Below are positions 25,611 through 31,810 of a stretch of DNA of 32,000 nt, piece by piece. The notes below the pieces were generated by a model. The model was given only the letters and a program-made list of their open reading frames with translations. It had not been told where the DNA came from and ran no database searches. The DNA comes from Candidatus Lokiarchaeum ossiferum (GTDB taxonomy: Archaea > Asgardarchaeota > Lokiarchaeia > Sigyniarchaeales > Promethearchaeaceae). The first letter of the stretch is position 1. Each line of letters opens with the position of its first letter. The translations under genes and the position numbers were made by a program. Location: positions 5,970,001-6,002,000 of the forward strand of contig CP104013.1 in assembly GCA_025839675.1 (NCBI GenBank), given 5' to 3'.

Positions 25611-26399
25611 ATGAAAAATGAAGCAAGCTATAATCAAGATGGGTTAGTTATATTCCTCTCCCTCTCATCCATTATCCTATGTGTGATGATACTTAGTACA
25701 ATCATCGAAAATCTCAAGAAAAGGCAGACAAAAGAAGAGCTTTGGCAGAAATTTCTACGAAAAAATCAATCTCACTTAATACATGTTCAGGATTTATGCG
25801 ATGCAGGTCATTTTGAGGAATCTAGTAATCTTTACAGATCGGTAAGATCCAAAATCAATCGCTCATGTCTAAAAATCTTGGAAGAACATTTAAAACCCGT
25901 TTTGAAGAAAAATCATCTCAATCTACGTGTAAGTCAAAATTCCACCCAAATTCATGCATTATTAGACGATCAACAATATATTGAAGCATATCGAAAAACT
26001 CAGGTTATTTTGCATGAAATTGAGAATGCAGATGTATCTTTACTTAACAATCCTCAACTAATTATTGAATTAAAATCAATTCACACCGAATTAAAACAAC
26101 AAATTTGTGAAAAACGTCAAGATATTCAAGAAAGAATTAACGCCACCTCCCATTTAATTAAATCACAGCAATACGATCTTCTTATTTGTAAATTTGATGA
26201 ATTACTCCAGGAACTTCAGCAATGGCCCTTTATTGTTCTTAAAAAAGAATTAAATGAACGTTATCAACTCTTTCTTAAATTCCAAAAAACTTTCCAACTA
26301 AATAGAGATGATAGATTAACCAATTTTCTTGAAAAGCTCGATACCGATTTTCAAGATTGGACATCCAAAGAAATAGCCACATTTGGTAAAAAAATATAA
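25611..26399 (+). CDS. Single-pass membrane protein of the LDxDFxxW-x7-LGKK family (short ectodomain, TM, cytoplasmic helical-repeat domain)
   Basis: MKNEASYNQDG, then TM LVIFLSLSSIILCVMILSTII, then ENLKKRQTKEE. The helical hairpins are CDAGHFEESSNLYRSV, DDQQYIEAYRKTQVIL and KSQQYDLLICKFDELL. The end is ..NFLEKLDTDFQDWTSKEIATFGKKI-stop. Confidence 0.8.
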   Translation: MKNEASYNQDGLVIFLSLSSIILCVMILSTIIENLKKRQTKEELWQKFLRKNQSHLIHVQDLCDAGHFEESSNLYRSVRSKINRSCLKILEEHLKPVLKKNHLNLRVSQNSTQIHALLDDQQYIEAYRKTQVILHEIENADVSLLNNPQLIIELKSIHTELKQQICEKRQDIQERINATSHLIKSQQYDLLICKFDELLQELQQWPFIVLKKELNERYQLFLKFQKTFQLNRDDRLTNFLEKLDTDFQDWTSKEIATFGKKI

Positions 26400-26900
26400 A
26401 TTTGCATACATTATCTCATATTCGAAGAGCTGGGAGATAAATTAATTCAAAATAACACGTATTTTTTTCCCATTGGCTTCTTTCCTTCACTCTCGAACTT
26501 ACCATTTTCTCGCTGCTTTTTCCTAATCTATTGCATCTTCTCCTATATAAAGATCGAGGCTGACATTTTCCCGCCCATGGTGAAAATTCCTTTTGCATCC
26601 GCTTAAATTTCCATCCGCCTCTTTTTCGAGGTGATCTTTGAGGAAGATCCTCCAAAATGCCCCTTTTTCTCGTTTTCCGATCAGTTTTCTCTCGCATTCC
26701 ACCCATTTCTTTCCCCTCGGATCTCTCCATGATCCTTTTCCCCTCCTTACATGATCCTCCCTTCAACACTTCTTGCATGATTTTCTTCAATCCCCGATCA
26801 TTTTAGCTCTTCCAATGATCCTTCTCCGCTCATTGTTCCCCCTCCCCTCTCCCCTCCCATTCCCGATCGGTTATCACTTCCCACCAAAATCACAGCCTTT
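26400..26900 (+). repeat. Flank-repeat copy D (longest copy), strongly pyrimidine-rich on the + strand
   Basis: It shares 26421-26480 and 26553-26755 with copy A, 26500-26650 with copy B, and both ends with copy C. It contains the box TATATAAAGATCGAGGCTGAC (26544-26564) and the tract TTCCCCCTCCCCTCTCCCCTCCCATTCCC (26836-26864). Confidence 0.75.
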
Positions 26901-27121
26901 CATATCAAACTTTAAAGTTTTGTTGCAAAATGATCATCTTTTTTTCACATTCCGATGAACCACATGCGATTTTTCGTTTTTAAGGGTGTCAAATGAAAAT
27001 CGTTTCACAAATTTTAAATAAAAACGAACGAATTCTTAATCACTCTTAGTACGACCGCATCCATTTGGGTAACGGTTATACTAATATCTCTCGTAATGAA
27101 TTAAAAAGAGTGAATAACATC

Positions 27122-29140
27122 ATGTCTGAAAGTGATAAAGAAAAACAAAAACTCTACTATCCTTCCCCTGAGCTTGCGACCACCGCACGTGTCAAAAACA
27201 TGGAAGAATACAAGAAAATTTGGAAACATTCCGTGGAAAAACCACGCGAATTCTGGGCTGAAGAAGCTAAAATGGTTGACTTCTTTACTCCTTATAAAGA
27301 AGTATGGACTGGTTCCACCGATGATGACTTTGTAGGCAAATGGTTTACCGAAGGGAAACTCAATGTTGCGTACAATTGTATTGATCGCTGGGTTGAAAAA
27401 GGTTTTGGTGATGAAGAATCCCTTATCTGGATGGGTGAAGATGATACTATTAAATCTTATTCCTTCAGCCAATTAAAGGATGAAGTTAGCAAAGCAGCCA
27501 ACGCATTGAAATCACTCGGTGTCAAAAAAGGAGATCGTGTCTGCCTCTGGCTCCCTATGATTTCTGAACTCGCCATTATTATGTTAGCCTGTGCCCGAAT
27601 CGGTGCCATTCACTCTATCGTCTTTGGTGGATTCTCTGCTGAATCAGTGAAAGACCGAATTGATGATTCTGAATGTAAAGTCCTCGTTGTGGCTGATGAA
27701 GTCAAACGAGCTGGCAAAGCCAAACCAATGAAAATTAACTTGAAAGGTATTATTGAACAATGTCCATCCATCGAACATGTTGCTGTTGTCAAAGTTACTG
27801 GCAATCCAACCTACGAATATGAAAAAGACGTTGATTTCTCTGCTTTAATGGCTACACAATCTGCCGATTGCCCATGTGAACCAATGGATTCTGAAGATGT
27901 CCTTTTCATCCTCTACACCAGTGGAACCACCGGCAAGCCAAAGGGTGTTGTGCATACCACCGGAGGCTACCTCGTTTATGGAATGTCCACCAACAAATAC
28001 GTCTGGGATTACTCTTGTCTTCTAGACCTCAAAGGTGCCGAACCAAAAGATCGTGATGTCTGGTACTGCACCGCTGACATTGGCTGGATTACTGGTCATA
28101 CTCAAATCATCTATTCCCCTCTTGCACTCGGTGCTAAAACCGTTATGTATGAAGGTACCCCCACATGGCCACACAAAGGTCGTTTCTGGGAAATTTGTCA
28201 AAAATTAGGTGTTACTCATTTCTACACCGCACCAACCGCTATTCGTGCTCTCATGAAATACGGAGCTGAAGAAGTAAATAAATGGGATCTCTCCAAGCTT
28301 AAAATGTTAGGCACCGTAGGAGAAGTCTGCAACTGGCCTGAGTGGAAGTGGTACTGGGATGTTGTAGGAAAAGGAACTGGTGGAGAAAAACCAGTCGGTC
28401 GTCCAATTGTCGATTCTTATTGGCAAACAGAGACCGGATCTTATATGATGGTCAATTTTGGCTCTATTACCCCAATGAAGCCTGGATCTTGTACATTCCC
28501 ATTCTTCGGATGCAATCCAGTATTATTAAATGAAGAAGGTGAAAAAATCAACACTCCTATGACCCAAGCCTACTTTGCCTATGATATGCCATGGCCAGGT
28601 TTAATGCGAACCGTCTGGGGAGATCATGACCGATTCGTGTCCACCTACTTAACCAAATTCAAGAACCATTACTTCACTGGTGATTATGCTCAAATTGATG
28701 AAAAAGGCTATTACTTTATCTTAGGGCGATCCGATGATGTAATCAAGGTGTCTGGCCATCGCTTAGGGTCTGCGGAAGTGGAAGCAGCAATTAACTCCCA
28801 CGATGCAGTTGCCGAAAGTGCAGTCTGTCCATACCCACACTCAATGAAAGGATCCACCATCTTTGCTTATGTAACCTTAATGAGCGGAGTAGAAGGAAAT
28901 GAAGAATTAAAAACCGACATTGTGAAACACGTACGTGCGATGGCTGGACCTGCTGTGAAGCCTGAAGTCATCATGTTCTCTGATGCGTTACCAAAGACCC
29001 GATCCGGAAAGATTATGCGACGTGTCTTAAAGGCTATTGCCCTCCAAGGCGATATTGGCAACGTAATGACTTTAGCTAACCCTGAAGTTGTCCAAGCATT
29101 AGTGGACGAGCGTGCCAAACTCGGCGAAATCAAATTCTAA
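27122..29140 (+). CDS. acs: Acetyl-CoA synthetase (AMP-forming)
   Basis: Full-length match to the Acs pattern: PREFWAEEAK..., AMP-binding motif YTSGTTGKPKGVVHTTGGY, WITGH, YWQTETG, GRSDDVIKVSGHRLG and SGKIMRR near the C-terminus. The ATG at 27122 (MSESDKEKQKLYYPSPEL) aligns with typical Acs N-termini. The track's 27065 is TTG. Confidence 0.95.
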   Translation: MSESDKEKQKLYYPSPELATTARVKNMEEYKKIWKHSVEKPREFWAEEAKMVDFFTPYKEVWTGSTDDDFVGKWFTEGKLNVAYNCIDRWVEKGFGDEESLIWMGEDDTIKSYSFSQLKDEVSKAANALKSLGVKKGDRVCLWLPMISELAIIMLACARIGAIHSIVFGGFSAESVKDRIDDSECKVLVVADEVKRAGKAKPMKINLKGIIEQCPSIEHVAVVKVTGNPTYEYEKDVDFSALMATQSADCPCEPMDSEDVLFILYTSGTTGKPKGVVHTTGGYLVYGMSTNKYVWDYSCLLDLKGAEPKDRDVWYCTADIGWITGHTQIIYSPLALGAKTVMYEGTPTWPHKGRFWEICQKLGVTHFYTAPTAIRALMKYGAEEVNKWDLSKLKMLGTVGEVCNWPEWKWYWDVVGKGTGGEKPVGRPIVDSYWQTETGSYMMVNFGSITPMKPGSCTFPFFGCNPVLLNEEGEKINTPMTQAYFAYDMPWPGLMRTVWGDHDRFVSTYLTKFKNHYFTGDYAQIDEKGYYFILGRSDDVIKVSGHRLGSAEVEAAINSHDAVAESAVCPYPHSMKGSTIFAYVTLMSGVEGNEELKTDIVKHVRAMAGPAVKPEVIMFSDALPKTRSGKIMRRVLKAIALQGDIGNVMTLANPEVVQALVDERAKLGEIKF

Positions 29141-29178
29141 GTCTGAGCAATCAGAACTTATTATTTATCTTTTTTTTT

Positions 29179-29967
29179 CTACCTTATGATAAAAAAACCA
29201 TTTTCGATATTGATGGCATTATTTTTGTCCAAGTGGGAGATATCTTCTTTGATGCGTTTATCCTGATGAAGTCTCCGTTCTAAGAAATCACGAAAGGATA
29301 AATTGGCATAAATTCTAATGAAATTATGTTCCATCGGGTCCAATTTTGAGTTTTGTAAGATTTTTTCAAAGATCTGAATTAAGCAATCTTCGATCCATAA
29401 GCTTTCTTGATAATTTTGCATTGTTTCAAAGGAAGGAAATGGAATATAATTGAGGCGGGTATCAAAGCTAATATCAAAATTTTCTGAAATTAATCCAATG
29501 GCTTGATCCCAATCACCTTCTTGACCGCTAAAACAAAGAACAACCTCAGGAAAAAAATAACGGTATAATATTAAACAGGCTTCCACCATCATACCATAGG
29601 GTCTTCGTCCTGTATTTACAATGTCGCATATATCAATGGTTAGACAAAGGGGTTTAACCCGAAGAATTTCCAAAGGATCCATTGCTAAATCATGGGAATC
29701 CCGATTATACCATTCTTGATCATCGTCATCATAATAGCGTTGAGTTCCATCCCCACCTCCAAAGACAACCATCCGTGAATTGAATTTTGGTTTTTTGTAT
29801 TGATAATCTCCATCCAGAAAGAGTGGAGATCTCCAATATTCGGGAGCTGCAGTATACGAATATCGGGGCATTTTTCGGTAGATTCGTTTGCAAGCTTGAA
29901 TAAATTTCAACCATGTGGTGCGGGAATGCACCCGATAAGGGGAGTAGTATAGGTGGGTGTAATCCAT
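29179..29967 (-). CDS. Hypothetical protein (aromatic/acidic-rich, no recognised domain)
   Basis: Uninterrupted ORF. The first ATG (MDYTHLYYSPY..) is at 29967 and a TTG lies at 29985. It has non-repetitive, globular-looking sequence. Confidence 0.55.
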   Translation of the reverse strand: MDYTHLYYSPYRVHSRTTWLKFIQACKRIYRKMPRYSYTAAPEYWRSPLFLDGDYQYKKPKFNSRMVVFGGGDGTQRYYDDDDQEWYNRDSHDLAMDPLEILRVKPLCLTIDICDIVNTGRRPYGMMVEACLILYRYFFPEVVLCFSGQEGDWDQAIGLISENFDISFDTRLNYIPFPSFETMQNYQESLWIEDCLIQIFEKILQNSKLDPMEHNFIRIYANLSFRDFLERRLHQDKRIKEDISHLDKNNAINIENGFFIIR

Positions 29968-30083
29968 AGTATTGTGATCATTCAAGATTATTTAAACCCG
30001 AAAAGAAAGGAAGGGACGAATTTGGGTCAATTATCTGGAATAGTGAATTATTTTAATTTAACGGAGACATCGGAAACAGATCA

Positions 30084-30452
30084 TCAACTTCCGGTTAGAA
30101 TGAAAAAAGAAGGGATAGATGTCGGTTTTTTAATCCGAGATAACCCTTCAAAGAAATAATGGTGGGGATCCAAGTGAAAGTATTCGCGATACCAATGATG
30201 CACATCATACATTAAAACAAGAGCAGAAAAACCATCCGGTCGCAAGCTATGGATACTAAGAAATTCATCTCCTTGGGGGGCTTCTAGCACGATTTCTCGA
30301 TAGGGAAAAACAATTTGATCTGGATTCCAAGGATGTTTCGGATCCACATCCCGATTGTAAAGTTCAATTTCCACTTGGAATTCGTCAAAAGTATATTCTT
30401 CGGTTGAGAATCCCCAACACACATGTTGTAAGAGATGGTTATATTGTTCCAT
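30084..30452 (-). CDS. Hypothetical small protein (~122 aa, His/Trp/Tyr-rich)
   Basis: ATG (MEQYNHLLQHVCWGF..) at 30452. It is on the same strand as, and 98 nt upstream of, the previous ORF. No recognised motif. Confidence 0.5.
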   Translation of the reverse strand: MEQYNHLLQHVCWGFSTEEYTFDEFQVEIELYNRDVDPKHPWNPDQIVFPYREIVLEAPQGDEFLSIHSLRPDGFSALVLMYDVHHWYREYFHLDPHHYFFEGLSRIKKPTSIPSFFILTGS

Positions 30453-30533
30453 AGTATGTGATAAAAGGAAAGAATTTAAAACAAAACTTTTAATGAGCAA
30501 AGATGTTTAATGAAATGGATTATATATAAACGC

Positions 30534-31541
30534 TTAGTTTAGTCTCTTTATCTTCCTTTTGGATTTGGATTTCTGTTTTTTCTCCTTCAAAAGTTCGCGT
30601 ACATCAACAAGTCGATGTTTACCATAGTGTTTCTCGAATAATTTCTTCAATTGATAGTTATTGAGATGAAAATGTTCTTTGAGTTGAGCGTGAGATAAAT
30701 TCTGATTTAATTGAGTCGATAGATCATTCTCTGGAATTTTCAGATATTCATAGTCTTTTGTACTAGATTGAGATATTTTTTTATTGCGATCATCAAGTTT
30801 CCCTTTTGAAACGTGATACTTTTTTCGAATATCAGATAAATTTCGGGTTCCTTCGGCCCAATACATGAAATTTCGGATATAATTTTGAGAAATATTAAAC
30901 TTGTCACAGAGTTCTTTATAGGTTTTACCTGCTTTAATATGATCTATTAATTCATCCTTTTTGGCTTGAATATCGGATTGAACAGAAGAATTATTCTTGT
31001 TTGCCAGATGGTGAGAGTCAAAAAAAGAAATTTCCTTAGTGGAACATTGTTTGTCGACTTGAGGGACTGTTTCTCGAATGTTGGCTGCTAATTTTCCCTC
31101 GGAAATATGTTTACAATGTTCTTCAGGTAATTTCTGTTTCCAATTAGGATGATTTTCCCCCTTAATAAGTTCGCTCAATAATTTTCGAGTCTTATCTGAC
31201 ACATCTCTACCAATTTGAGAAGCAGCAATATTATCTTTATGTTCTTGAGATAAATTTTTTCCTCCATTCCATGCTTTTCTTCCTTTTGAGCTCTTTGATT
31301 TTCTTCGACAGGTTTCCTCGGATTGCTTTTTTCCCGTATTAGATTGCCTTGTTTTTTCATTTTGCTCTTCTGTATTGAACCCTCCACTGCCTCCAATGCG
31401 CATGTTATAGCCAACAGCCGGATTTAATGTGTTATATTTCACCATATAATAGCCTTCCAACCGTTGCATGGTCCATTTATTAATATTTTTCACCGAATGG
31501 ATCTTTTTCATGTAAAAATTCGAAGGACCGTACTTCGCCAT
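30534..31541 (-). CDS. GIY-YIG-derived homing-endonuclease-like DNA-binding protein with NUMOD3 repeats and C-terminal HTH modules (catalytic N-terminus missing or decayed)
   Basis: KYGPSNFYMKKI...QRLEGYYMVKYNTLNPAVGYNMRIGG parallels the second half of the I-TevI-type GIY-YIG domain (KHGNVFECSILEE...ERENFWIKELNS..NGYNI). Repeated NUMOD3-like units follow (GKKQSEETCRRKSKS, GRKAWNGGKNLSQEHKDNIA, GRDVSDKTRKLLSE, GENHPNWKQKLPEEH). HTH-like segments are GKTYKELCDKFNISQNYIRNF and LSHAQLKEHFHLNNYQLKKLF. Confidence 0.75.
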   Translation of the reverse strand: MAKYGPSNFYMKKIHSVKNINKWTMQRLEGYYMVKYNTLNPAVGYNMRIGGSGGFNTEEQNEKTRQSNTGKKQSEETCRRKSKSSKGRKAWNGGKNLSQEHKDNIAASQIGRDVSDKTRKLLSELIKGENHPNWKQKLPEEHCKHISEGKLAANIRETVPQVDKQCSTKEISFFDSHHLANKNNSSVQSDIQAKKDELIDHIKAGKTYKELCDKFNISQNYIRNFMYWAEGTRNLSDIRKKYHVSKGKLDDRNKKISQSSTKDYEYLKIPENDLSTQLNQNLSHAQLKEHFHLNNYQLKKLFEKHYGKHRLVDVRELLKEKKQKSKSKRKIKRLN

Positions 31542-31810
31542 AGCATGAGCAAGATGCGTTTTACGAAACGTTGGAAGACAGGGATTTTATATTTCTCCTG
31601 ATGTAGATTTCAAATCAATAATAAAAATTTACCAAAATGAAATCCAAAGTTTTCATAACGAAATTCTGTTATGAGAAGTTCATGAGTTGAAGAATTTCGC
31701 TTATTTAGTTCAGAAAAGAAAGGATTAAAAAAAAAAAAATTTATTCATAATTTGAAGTACATATATTCAGAATACGTCATTGCACATAATCATCTTTATT
31801 GTTTGAATCA

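Noticed and set aside
25329-25637. 102-aa minus-strand ORF between the beta-helix gene and the adaptor gene; internal part MEREEERRREIEQQLVNGCEVEISSCHQCVYAK.. has scattered Cys
   Set aside because: The Cys spacing is not a recognisable zinc-ribbon. The ORF overlaps the start and promoter of the 25611 gene and there is no supporting signal. A small protein from 25329-25508 cannot be excluded.
26416-26790. 124-aa minus-strand ORF (MKKIMQEVLKGGSCKEGKR..)
   Set aside because: It is the Lys/Arg/Gly/Glu-rich translation of the purine-rich complement of flank-repeat copy D. The homologous copies A, B and C do not keep this frame open, so it is a by-product of the repeat's composition.
27101-29133. 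Antisense or alternative-frame ORFs within acs (27101-27472, 27132-27335, 27610-27804, 28342-28533, 28867-29133)
   Set aside because: They are embedded in a full-length, motif-complete acs gene. They are typical shadow ORFs.
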